A stretch of DNA of 64,000 nucleotides from Eledone cirrhosa (Eukaryota): the NCBI GenBank assembly GCA_964016885.1, contig OZ024758.1, forward strand, positions 2,294,001-2,358,000, given 5' to 3'. The notes beneath the pieces were generated by a model. It made no database searches and had not been told where the DNA came from. It saw only the letters and a program-made list of their open reading frames with translations. Both the position numbers and the translations under genes were made by a program. Position 1 is the first letter of the stretch; each line of letters opens with the position of its first letter. Shown one piece after another: positions 1 to 11,372 of the stretch.

Positions 1-343
1 CGCTCTTATAGCCACGCTCTTATAGCCACACTCTTATAGCCACACTCTTATAGCCACGCTCTTATAGCCACACTCTTATAGCCACACTCTTATAGCCACA
101 CTCTTATAGCCACGCTCTTATAGCCACGCTCTTATAGCCACACTCTTATAGCCACACTCTTATAGCCACGCTCTTATAGCCACGCTCTTATAGCCACACT
201 CTTATAGCCACACTCTTATAGCCACGCTCTTATAGCCACGCTCTTATAGCCACGCTCTTATAGCCACGCTCTTATAGCCACGCTCTTATAGCCACGCTCT
301 TATAGCCACGCTCTTATAGCCACACTCTTATAGCCACACTCTT
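1..343. repeat. 14-bp minisatellite (CTCTTATAGCCACR)n, about 24 units, truncated by window start
   Basis: direct reading; single A/G variant position. Confidence 0.95.
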
Positions 344-1279
344 AAAACATTCCAGGTAACTTTGAAATTAGGCTTTTCATTCAGAAAGCCAGAGTCACAG
401 TTTGCGCATGATGGTATAAAGACTTGAAATTGTTGTTTTGAATGAATAAATATTCTTATAGAAGGCGCTGCTTACTTTTATTATGGTAGCTTCTGTCATC
501 TTTTAAGGTCCACATTTGTCTTCTCTATGTCCAAGTACTCACAAATGAGAAGTACCTTTTATTTGTAATTTCCCCCTTTCTATTCTTGCTTCAATTATGT
601 TTATGCCAAACACAGGGTTGGAAGGTTCCTTCAGCTGTGTCAAAGACATGAGTACCTTGCTGGTGCCATGATAAGATGCACAGAGTGTATTCTGTAGACT
701 GGGGGGGATATATATATATACATAATTGAGATGTGGGCCCACAGGCTGTCTGTGAGGTCAGTAGCTCCGATTAACTACTGACTTAATCCGGGCTGACCCA
801 ACAAAACCTTGCTAGTCAGGAGAACAGATATTAGATTATGATATTCCTAGGTTAGGATGTTGTTTAGTGACAAGTAGATCAAAGGAATTCCAGCCATGAT
901 TATCCTGTCTTTTCTTTTCAGGCATAGTATATACCTGGAAATACAATATTTCATTTGTCCTTGTATAAAGCTGTTTAGGGGTGGTTTCATGAAGATTGAG
1001 GGGTGAGATAGAAGCTCCTTAATTGGTTTTAAGGTTTGCAGAACTTGTAGAACACTGAACTATGTCTTCCAATCTGTAGTTCTCAGCTGTTTTGATCTCA
1101 TCAGTTGAAGAGGGCCTGCAGAGTTGATGAGCTTCTGCCTCTATTAATTATATAGATCTGATGTTTTTGTTTTTGATATGTGTACCATTAATTCAATACC
1201 TGCATTGATGCCGTTGAGTGCATCAACCTAATTACACCATAGTTGGTGGATTGTTTGGATCAACCAGCATTGATTATCA

Positions 1280-1414
1280 TATATCTATCTATCTATATAT
1301 ATATATATATATATATCTATATATATATATATATATATATACACATACATATATATATATATATATGCATATACATACTTATAAACATATATATATATAT
1401 ATATACACATACAT

Positions 1415-1445
<31 letters not shown>

Positions 1446-1490
1446 ATATATATATATATATATGCATATACATACTTATAAATATATACT

Positions 1491-1538
<48 letters not shown>

Positions 1539-1557
1539 CACACACCCACACATATAC
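1280..1557. repeat. compound (TA)/(TG)/(CA) microsatellite (representative of many: ~1980-2240, 15185-15440, 17880-18340, 22035-22355, 36495-37575, 54665-54920, 63765-64000)
   Basis: direct reading. Confidence 0.9.
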
Positions 1558-2203
1558 AAAGAGGGTGTGGTAAGATGGATCATATAAAATATAGCTTTTC
1601 ATCCATCTCTACTTCCTATCTGGCAGTAATGTACTAATATTTATGAAATGTCCTCTCTTCCCTCTCTACCAACGTGATGGTTAGAAATCAATATTATTGC
1701 TATCCAGACCAACAAAAGATGCCATTTAATGTACTGGCCATACCACTTTAATTGCGATACACAAACCTACCTTTCCATCCTTAATACTCATCAATCCTCT
1801 AGATTTTTTTATGCCTATTATATTCTACATTTAATTGAGGTTTAAAGAATGCCATATTCTATGAAATCTTTTCTATAGAATCTCTCTAATACTGTATATC
1901 TATTTTCACTTTAGTCTGGTTAATTGCTGCATTATATCACAGTACTCTAACTTTCTAGTCTAGCTATTTATTTCAAACTAACACATACATATATACACAC
2001 ACACATACACACACACATATATACACACACACACATATATACACACATATACACAGAAACACACACACACACACACATGCATACATACAATATTCTACAA
2101 AATGCTTTATGCATATATGTCTGTGTGTATATATATATATATATATATACATACATACATGCACGAAGCATTTGTGTGTGTATATGTATAGTGAGTGTAA
2201 GTG

Positions 2204-2235
<32 letters not shown>

Positions 2236-2438
2236 TACACGGGTGTGTATGATTGTGTATAGAAGATTATATTAATAAAAGGAATTCCAACTTTGACTGA
2301 TTTACTTGTTTTATTTACAATCCTTTAAAATTATAATGATATTATAATAGAATATTAAATGTTAAGTGTTAATTGAACAAGTACTTTCATGCTTTCGCAA
2401 TCTTCAGGTTCATATTCTGTGGTGACAAGTCAAGTTTG

Positions 2439-2475
<37 letters not shown>

Positions 2476-3179
2476 GCATTTTGTAGAAGCTTGTGATTTA
2501 TCTGTGTGAAATAGCTTTAAATAGAGAAAGAGAGAGAGCAAACAATGAGGTTTGTACATTGGTCAAGAGAAGCAGTCATTAGATTGACTATAGCTAAAGA
2601 AACAATGGAATATCTTTATAAAGCTTTGTGCGTTCAGTTTGTATCTAATCTTTATGGTTTAAATAGACTTTTCAATTCAGTTAGGAACTGAATTATGTTC
2701 TGTCTCTGTATTTTGTCTGTTTTAAATCTCTCTGAGAAATCTGAAAGATACTACATTATATTTTGTTACACCGCTCAGTATTGTGTACCAGGTTATTACA
2801 TGATAATGGTACTAGCAAGTAGCCAATGTGAGGGCATTTATATAGTCACAGCCTCATAGAAACAGCCAATTCTTCCTCAAATCAAATCCTGCCATCTTAG
2901 AAATACTTTAGAACCAATATATTGCTTGTTTGTTTTTTATGAAACGATTTGTATGAATACAAAAATGAAATAAATGAAGCCAGCCTCTGGTTTCACATTC
3001 TTCATATCAACATTTACAGCCAGTTTCTAAAGACATCTCGTATTATAATACATATTTATTTATTGGAACATTATATCTACGTTTGAAAAAAAAAACTTGT
3101 TTCTCTTTTTACCTATTTTCTCTTTTATTGCATTCTCAATCTAAATGGAACTATAAACCAGTTCAAGGTTGTTACAATG

Positions 3180-3330
3180 TTGGTAACATGGCTTTGTGGT
3201 TAAGATGTTTACTTCACAAACTTAGAAATCAGGGTTTGGTCCCACTGTTCAGCAATTTGGACAGGTGTCTTCTACCATAACTTTGAATTGATCAATGCTT
3301 TGCGTTGGGAAATTTAGTAGGGCACATACA
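3180..3330 (+). mobile_element. degraded tRNA-derived SINE head
   Basis: A-box-like TGGCTTTGTGGTTAAG followed by degenerate B box GGGTTTGGTCCC. Confidence 0.5.
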
Positions 3331-3545
3331 TATCATTGATATACATGGGTTGGCTATTTATTTTGCCTTCACAGACAGACAGACAGGGATGAAGATTATT
3401 GCATTGTAGAAAATACCTTGCAGTATTTCTGTCTATCCAAATTAGATACCTTTACAGCAAGGTTGGCTTGTATTCTGCCCCCACCCCCCTTTCATGTGTG
3501 ATAAAATAAGTCTTGGCTAAAAGTACTAGTACTTTATTTAATCAA

Positions 3546-3820
3546 TTAACCCTTTACCATTTACATTACTCTATATATACTATTGTATTTTCACAGTAAA
3601 GGCTTTACCTCACATAATATCTCACATAACATTTACATTACTCTATATATACTATTGTATTTTCACAGTAAAGGCTTTACTTCACATAATATCGAATCTA
3701 TGAGATTTTGATATTTATTTATTTTGAGAACAATACCTTAATATAAGTATGGCTGGTTTGAACAGAAAGAGGTGAGATAATTCTGGCCGGATACGACCCA
3801 GTCTAAATGATAAAGGGTTA
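3546..3820 (+). mobile_element. piggyBac-type non-autonomous MITE (family M1), two internal 72-bp units
   Basis: TTAA-CCCTTTA...TAAAGGG-TTA ends; body shared with ~15 copies in window. Confidence 0.85.
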
Positions 3821-4178
3821 GAACTGTTGAAAATGCTCCAGCATGGTAGCAGTCAAATGACTGAAAGAAGTAAAAGAATGTAAATAGAATCTGACTGTTG
3901 TAAAGAAGAAAAGTAACAATCTTAGACCTATATAACGTTGTGTTGATATAACAGCAGATATTTACAAGGGAAACATGACATGCTTACATTAACAGTACAG
4001 AGCAGGAAGTACTTATATTATTGATCCAAGACAGTTAAAACTACTGTTTTAATGGAGGAATTGAATATGAAAGAAGGTGGCTAGATGACTGAGAAATAGG
4101 ACTGCACTTCCTGACCTGATGGCTAGAGTCCTCTCACCCCACTCCTTCATTCTTATAGATGTATTGGTATAATAGTGA

Positions 4179-4370
4179 AGGCACATGGCTTAGTGGTTAG
4201 AGCGTTGGGCTTACAGCCTTTGAGTTTGATTCTTGAACTAGTTGATGCGTTGTGTCCTTGAGCAAGACACTTTATTTCACGTTACTCCAGTTTACTCAGC
4301 TGTAAAAATGAGTTACGACGTCACTGGATTTAAGCTGTATCGTCCATTGCCTTTCCCTTGGACAACACCA
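4179..4370 (+). mobile_element. tRNA-derived CORE-type SINE (family S1)
   Basis: A box TGGCTTAGTGG, B box GAGTTTGATTC, CORE-like GTGTCCTTGAGCAAGACACTT. Confidence 0.8.
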
Positions 4371-4423
4371 TATATAGTATATAATAAGGTATATCTCGTT
4401 TGAGGTGTCTTGAGTGATTTAAT

Positions 4424-4546
4424 GATAGGGACCCCAGTCCTATCTTCTCATTTCTACAGCTGAGTAAACTGGAGCAACGTGAAATAAAGTGTCTTGCTCA
4501 AGGAAACAACACATCACCCAGTCCGAGAATTGAATTCACAACCTTT
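4424..4546 (-). mobile_element. SINE S1 partial copy, inverted relative to the 4179 copy
   Basis: reverse complement of ~4220-4312; nearly identical to 36758-36880. Confidence 0.8.
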
Positions 4547-4849
4547 TGATATCATCATACAGGGGAACAAAACTAACACCAACAACCAAGTTTAATCTGT
4601 TTTGGATAGATCCTCTTTTCCTAGCTGATTTATCAAGCCTAAAGATGGATTTAGTGAAAGTATTTCATGCTGGCTAATTGAGTGTATTTATCGAGATCAG
4701 GCTGAGATTAAAGTTTAATTCCATTGTCTCAACAAATTAGGCCAGTGTTATTATTTATAGAAGTACATTAAAGGATTTTCTGTTGTTTGGGTAACTTCTA
4801 TAGTTGCATGTATATATGTGTGTATGTATGTATGTGTATATAGCTGTAT

Positions 4850-4875
4850 GTATATATGTAGATGTATGAATAGCT

Positions 4876-4933
<58 letters not shown>

Positions 4934-5306
4934 AGTGTGAATAGCTATTGTGTGTGTGTGTGTAGAAGTGTCAATAGCTATTGTGTGTGTAGATGTATGA
5001 ATAGCTAGTGTGTATGTGTGTATGTAGATGTATGAATAGCTAGTGTGTATGTGTGTATGTAGATGTATGAATAGCTAGTGTGTATGTGTGTATGTAGATG
5101 TATGAATAGCTAGTGTGTATGTGTGTATGTAGATGTATGAATAGCTAGTGTGTATGTGTGTATGTAGATGTATGAATAGCTAGTGTATATGTGTGTATGT
5201 AGATGTATGAATAGCTAGTGTGTATGTGTGTATGTAGATGTATGAATAGCTAGTGTGTATGTGTGTATGTAGATGTATGAATAGCTAGTGTGTATGTGTG
5301 TATGTA
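4850..5306. repeat. 35-bp minisatellite TATGTAGATGTATGAATAGCTAGTGTGTATGTGTG with (TG)n expansion
   Basis: direct reading, about 9 regular units. Confidence 0.9.
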
Positions 5307-5439
5307 TATTGATCCCAGTACTTGACTGATACTTCATTTTTACTCCAGAAGGATCAAAGTACAGTTGACTTAAGCTAGATTTAAGCAGCAAGATAACAAC
5401 TCTGCCAATCCACCATATTTGATAATAATAATAATAATA

Positions 5440-5638
5440 ATAATTGTTTCTACTTTTGGCACAAGGCCAGCAATTACCCAGTACATTACTGGTACTTTAT
5501 TTTATCGACCCCGTAAGGATGAAAGGCAAAGTTAACCTTGGCGGGATTTGAACTGAGACCATAAAGGACCATATGGTCTGAGTTCAAATCCCGCCAAGGT
5601 TAACTTTGCCTTTCATCCTTACAGGGTCGATAAAATAA
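5440..5638 (-). mobile_element. SINE family S2 (Deu/Nin-domain-like core) with fold-back duplication
   Basis: core TTTGCCTTTCATCCTTACRGGGTCGATAAAATAAAGTACCAG on - strand, (AAT)n tail; 67-bp inverted arm at 5572-5638. Confidence 0.8.
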
Positions 5639-5907
5639 TCGATAATAATAATAATGATTTCTTTATTGGCCACAAAAGGTTTACATCAAGAAAAAACATT
5701 GTCATTGTCAACACAGGGCGAAAACTGTGTGTGTGCGTGTCTGAGTTGGTGTGTGCGTGTCTGAGTTGGTGTGTGTGTGTCTGAGTTGGTGTGTGTGTGT
5801 TGGTGTGTGTGTGTTGGTGTGTGTGCATGTTGGTGTGTGGGTATTGCATGTAAACAAATTATAACAATGTTAAAAAAAAAGGAAGATAACAATAATAAAA
5901 AAAAGAA

Positions 5908-5943
<36 letters not shown>

Positions 5944-5966
5944 CCCCGATATGTTTGTTGTTTCAG

Positions 5967-6044
5967 AGCCATCTCAGTGGTAGATTCCTCCAGGTTATCA
6001 ACATTTGTCATCTCAATACTCCTCATTGTCTATGGTAGCTTCAG
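5967..6044 (+). CDS. SPPL3: SPPL3 exon A (phase 2-2, 78 nt): AISVVDSSRLSTFVISILLIVYGSF(R)
   Basis: tttcag| acceptor, AG|gtaag donor; matches the SPPL3 N-terminal TM segment. Confidence 0.95.
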
Positions 6045-6114
6045 GTAAGTTCTATTTGCTTTGAATTAAGAAATACTTGTGAGAATTATATGTTGAAACA
6101 TTCATCATTATTTT

Positions 6115-6303
6115 TAGGTGAATTGGCAGTATCAGCAGAGGGTCGGACATGCTTTCCAGCATAGAGATACGTCCCTTTACGATCTGAGTTCAAATCCCGC
6201 CCAGGTTAACTTTGCCTTTCATCCTTATGGGGTCGATAAAATAAAGTACCAGTAATACACTGGGATAATTGCTGGCCTTGTGCCAAAAGTAGAAGCAATT
6301 ATT
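6115..6303 (+). mobile_element. SINE S2, + strand
   Basis: B box GAGTTCAAATCCC, same core; other copies ~13410-13490(-), 22490-22845 (two, -), 47990-48120(-), 51460-51605(+), 54935-55055(+). Confidence 0.8.
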
Positions 6304-6404
6304 TTTAGGTCTATTTTCTGTGCTGGCATTGGTCAGATGTCTTGTCACAGTCACCATTTCTCTCATCTATATTTTCACCCTCGTCATGCTCCCTATCTCT
6401 CTCT

Positions 6405-6935
6405 ATGAGGGTGATGGTGATGGTGGTGACGGTGACAATCATGGTGGTGTTGGTGATGGTGGTGAGGGTGATGGTGGTGACGGTGACAATGATGGTGGTG
6501 TTGGTGATGGTGATGGTGGTGAGGGTGATGGTGGTGACGGTGACAATGATGGTGGTGAGGGTGACGGTGATGATGATAGTGATGTTGGTGATGGTGGTGA
6601 CGGTGATGGTGATGATGGTGATGATGATAGTGATGTTGGTGGTGATGGTGATGATGGTGATGATGATAGTGATGGTGGTGTTGGTGGTGTTGGTGGTGAT
6701 GGTGGTGAGGGTGATGGTAGTGATGAAGGTGATGGTAGTGATGAAGGTGATGGTGATGATGGTGGTGATGGTTATGACGTGATGGTGATGATAACAATGA
6801 TGGTGATGATGATAGTGATGGTGGTGTTGGTGGTGTTGGTGATGACGATGATGGTGATGGAGATGAAGGTGATGACAACAGTGATGACGATAGTGATGAT
6901 GGTGATGGTGATGATAACAATGATGGTGATGATAG
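6405..6935. repeat. degenerate (GGT/GAT)n trinucleotide array
   Basis: direct reading; source of the poly-His/Gly-Asp ORFs. Confidence 0.9.
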
Positions 6936-7264
6936 TCATTGAGAACTAGAATACTGACTGCTAGATTACATTGTCTAAATGACACCATTTCTTAAGAAGT
7001 TTTATTGGTTTGTTATCTGGAAGACAATCAGTTGTTTAAACAGGCAAAATATTCATTAATCTGTAAATACACAATAAAAGTGAAACGCATGAATTTTAAG
7101 CATGGAAAATATGTAAAAGTGGGATTCTTTGCATTTCTATTTCTTTCTAAATACAATGTGAATAGCTTTTTGTTAGATGGTCAGAAGAAACCATTCTTTC
7201 ATTACTGGGGGGGGGGGGTGTTAACTTGTCAGTATTAGATTTTTTTGTGGGTTTTTTTAACTTG

Positions 7265-7470
7265 TTATTGTATTTTTGTTTTTTTTACCTTATTATTTAT
7301 TGTATTTTTGTTTTTTTACCTTATTGTATTTTTGTTTTTTTACCTTATTATTTATTGTATTTTTGGTTTTTTACCTTATTATTTATTGTATTTTTGTTTT
7401 TTTTACCTTATTATTTATTGTATTTTTGGTTTTTTTACCTTATTATTTATTGTACTTTTGGTTTTTTAAT
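7265..7470. repeat. ~30-bp T-rich minisatellite TTTTTTACCTTATTATTTATTGTATTTTTG
   Basis: direct reading. Confidence 0.85.
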
Positions 7471-7645
7471 GTCATTATTACTGTTTTGGAGTTTTTTTAC
7501 TTCTTAATTTGTCTTTATTGTATTTTTGCTTATTTAATTTATTATTATTATTATTATTGTATTTTCGTTTTTTTTTTTACTTTTGTATTTTTGGTTGGTT
7601 TTTTTTTTTTTTTTTAAAGCTGTCATCATACTTTCTCTTTTTCAG

Positions 7646-7728
7646 GTCATTGAATCTGGAGCAGGAAAATCGAGAAAAAGAGAAGGATAAAACTACTTAC
7701 AATGGTTTTTCTGGAGAAAATGATGGAA
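7646..7728 (+). CDS. SPPL3: SPPL3 exon B (83 nt): (R)SLNLEQENREKEKDKTTYNGFSGENDG
   Basis: polypyrimidine tract + ttcag|; the A|gtaggt donor gives the phase 1 needed by the next exon; RSLN...EKD motif. Confidence 0.92.
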
Positions 7729-7788
7729 GTAGGTGTCTTTTAGCAGTTTATTTGGCTTTTAGTAAACGTATTGTTGTGTACACATACT

Positions 7789-7820
<32 letters not shown>

Positions 7821-7884
7821 TGCATGTATATGTAATTGCGTGTGTTGTTTGTGAGTCTCCATCTGCCTATCTGTATGTCTCTGT

Positions 7885-8380
7885 TTGCATATGTGTGTGT
7901 GTTTGCATATGTGTGTGTGTTTGCATATATATATATATGTGTGCGTCTCATATGTGGTATATGTATTTGCATATGTAAGGTGTGTCTGTTTGCATATGTC
8001 AGGTGTGTGTATTTGCATATGTCAGGTGTGTGTATTTGCATATGTAAGGTGTGTATTTGCATATGTAAGGTGTGTGTTTGTATATGTAAGGTGTGTGTTT
8101 GTATATGTAAGGTGTGTGTGTTTGCATATTTAAGGTGTGTGTTTGTATATGTAAGGTGTGTTTGCATATGTAAGGTGTGTGTGTTTGCATATGTAAGGTG
8201 TGTGTGTTTGTATATGTAAGGTGTGTGTTTGTATATGTAAGGTGTGTTTGCATATGTAAGGTGTGTGTGTTTGTATATGTAAGGTGTGTGTTTGTATATG
8301 TAAGGTGTGTGTGTTTGCATATGTAAGGTGTGTATGTTTGCATGCATATATGTGTGTATGTTTGCATATATGTGTGTTTC
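7885..8380. repeat. TGCATATGTAAGGTGTGTGTT-type minisatellite
   Basis: direct reading. Confidence 0.85.
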
Positions 8381-8439
8381 CATGTGTATATGTAGGATCA
8401 ACTAGTCCTTGTGGGATCGACTAGAGCTTGTGGGAACAG

Positions 8440-8635
8440 TCGGAAGTTGTGAGAATAACTGAATAACTGGAAGTTGTGGGATTAAGTGGAAGTTGTGGGA
8501 TTAAGTGGAAGTTGTGGGATTAAGTGGAAGTTGTGGGATCAACTGGAAGTTGTGGGATCAACTGGAAGTTGTGGGATCAACTGGAAGTTGTGGGATCAAG
8601 TGGAAGTTGTGGGATCAAGTGGAAATTGTGGGGTT
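8440..8635. repeat. 19-bp minisatellite GGAAGTTGTGGGATCAACT
   Basis: direct reading. Confidence 0.9.
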
Positions 8636-9013
8636 AGCTATGTGCAAGGAACCCAGGAACATACCCAGTGTTCATTTTAAAAGTGTAGGATGTGATTTGA
8701 TGGTCACTCAACATTTCTAGCATGTTGAGTGAGCATGTAGAAACTCCCACACTGGTTGAAATATCAACTTGTGTACACTAACAGTATGATATGGGTCAAT
8801 GAAGAAACTTCTATATGGTTGCTCAGCTTGTTTGAAAAGCCAGCCAAATACCCCTCATATCTTACTCTACCGTTTAATAGATAATGGAAAGGGATCCTGG
8901 ATAATATAAACTATCGTTTGGTATAGATGTGGCTTCCATAAGTTACAGAAAAGACAGCCTGTCTAGGAAAGTAGTTACTCTGAATTAAAACTGTTACAAG
9001 GTTGAAATGACTA

Positions 9014-9241
9014 TTAACCCTTTAGCATTTGCAATACTCCATATTTACTATTTTATTTTCGTGGTAAAGGCTTTATCTCAAATAATATCTCACATAATAT
9101 CGGATCTATGAGATTTTGATATTATTTATTTTGGGAACAATACCTTAACGTCAGTATGAGTGGCTGGTTATGACCGGTTTGAACAGAACGAGGTGAGAGA
9201 ATTTTGGCTTGATACGGCCAGTTTAAATGCTAAAGGGTTAA
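9014..9241 (+). mobile_element. MITE M1, complete short copy
   Basis: TTAA-CCCTTTAGCATTT ... AAATGCTAAAGGG-TTAA. Confidence 0.9.
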
Positions 9242-9857
9242 GTATTGATGGAGAATCTCTCTAGTGCTGGTGGCGTGATAAAATGTATTCAGCCGACACA
9301 GTAAAATAGAAGGGCATCTAGCTAGAAAACTTCAGCCAAAAATCCATGACTAACTCAACATACAGAATTTAAAGTAATTACACATAGAGTTAGTGCTGTG
9401 GACAGTAGTGGGTTGGTTAGCTTAGCTGAATGTGAGAAGACTTTGATGAACATCAAGTGATCACATTCCTTTTTAAAGTACAGAGAGCTTATATGAAATA
9501 AAACTCTGAACAGAGATGTCGAAGGAATGCTGCGAGTGGATAAAGGCTGAAAAGGACCCGTCCAACCCATGCCAACATGGAAAGGTAGATGATGATAATG
9601 AAGAATATGATGATAGTCCTAGGTACACTATATCTAAAAAAACAAATCTCCTCCAAATGAGATGGCCATGGTTGAAAGGACTTTGATCATATGTCTTCTT
9701 GATTAGGGTTGATCAAGAGCTGAATGACAACATTCACTAATAGTATGAAGCTAATGACTTTAATTTCAGTCTTAAAACCAGATATGTTGTGTTAAGTATA
9801 GAATTACTATGTTTGCTTGTCTGTGTTTGTGGGTCAACTAGTTTTTAATAATTACCA

Positions 9858-10513
9858 TAAACCTTTAGCATTACCTCACCTCACATCATATCTCACATAA
9901 CCTTTACATTACTCTATATATACTATTGTATTTTCACAGTAAATGCTCTACCTCACATAATACCTCACATAACATTTACATTACTCTATATATACTATTG
10001 TATTTTCACAGTAAAGGCATTACCTCACATAATATCTCACATAACCTTTACATTACTCTATATATACTATTGTATTTTCACAGTAAATGCTTTACCTCAC
10101 ATAATACCTCACATAACATTTACATTACTCTATATATACTATTGTATTTTCACAGTAAAGGCTTTACCTCACATAATATCTCACATAACCTTTACATTAC
10201 TCTATATATACTATTGTATTTTCACAGTAAATGCTTTACCTCACATAATACCTCACATAACATTTACATTACTCTATATATACTATTGTATTTTCACAGT
10301 AAAGGCTTTACCTCACATAATATCTCTCATAACATTTACATTACTCTATATATACTATTGTATTTTCACAGTAAAGGCTTTACCTCACATAATATCTCAC
10401 ATAACATTTATATATAGAGTAATGTAATTGTTATGTGAGATATCATGTAGATAAAGCCTTTACTGTGAAAATACAATAGTATATATAGAGTAATGTAAAT
10501 ACTAAAGGGTTAA
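9858..10513 (+). mobile_element. MITE M1 derivative: ~7 tandem 72-bp units closed by an inverted left end
   Basis: 72-bp period 9885-10410; strand switch at ~10410; ends AATACTAAAGGG-TTAA. Confidence 0.85.
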
Positions 10514-11024
10514 GTCTCTGAATAATATATCAGTGCATGCTTGTGTCAAGAGTATAGAACCCTGGTAGAATTGGTACAATCTATACTGGTTGTGATGTAT
10601 TATTTAAAGATTAGTCTCATGTTTTCTTAGTGAGTGTCTTAGTGAGTGCTTGTAATCATATTTTTGTTTCATATTTTCCGGTGTAGTTAATCAAAATCGT
10701 GCAAATATCTTGATGTTTCCTGTAGGCTGGGTTTACAGAAGCCCATAAAATGAAAAGGGCCTTTCTTCAGCTTCTTAAAGCTAGTAGGTCTTTTGTAAAG
10801 TTTTCTCTGTGGGAATTATGAAACTTATAGACAATGGAAAAAAAAAAAGTTTTCTTTGGAATCTAATATAACAATCTTCTTTATTTCCCTCTAACCCTTC
10901 ATAAATTAAGCAGTATGTGTTGTGCCATTGTGAAATGTTGAAAAAATTGTTACAAAACAAATATCACAACTTTTAGAATTATTATTATTATTATACAATT
11001 ATTATTATTATTATTGTTGTTTGT

Positions 11025-11372
11025 TTAACTCTTTAGCATCTACATTACTCTATATATACTATTGTATTTTCATAGTAAAGGCTTTACCTCACATAACATT
11101 TACATTACTCTATATTTACTATTGTATTTTCACAGTAAAGGCTTTACCTCACATAATATCTCACAAAACATTTACATTACTCTATATATACTATTATATT
11201 TTCACAGTAAAGACTTTATCTCACAGAATACTGAATCTATGAGATTTTGATATTATTTATTTTGAGAACATTACCTTAACATCAGTATGAACAGCCAGTT
11301 ATGGCCAGTTTCAACAGAAAGAGGTGAGAGAATTCTGGCTGGATATGACTGGTTTAAATGCTAGAGAGTTAA
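11025..11372 (+). mobile_element. MITE M1 with three internal units
   Basis: TTAA-CTCTTTAGCAT ... ATGCTAGAGAG-TTAA. Confidence 0.88.

Noticed and set aside
1-343. Possible telomeric repeat at window edge
   Set aside because: The 14-bp unit is not TTAGGG-like and lacks G runs; an ordinary minisatellite.
344-5966. Search for the ATG-containing first exon and promoter of SPPL3
   Set aside because: No convincing short ATG exon with a phase-2 donor or CpG-rich promoter seen; assumed upstream of the window.
6311-6988. Poly-His / Gly-Asp-rich ORFs
   Set aside because: Trinucleotide microsatellite in intron A-B; exons A and B join in frame without it.
7729-7738. Alternative donor 4 nt downstream of exon B (AG|gtgtct)
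   Set aside because: Would break the phase required by exon C; no support without transcripts.
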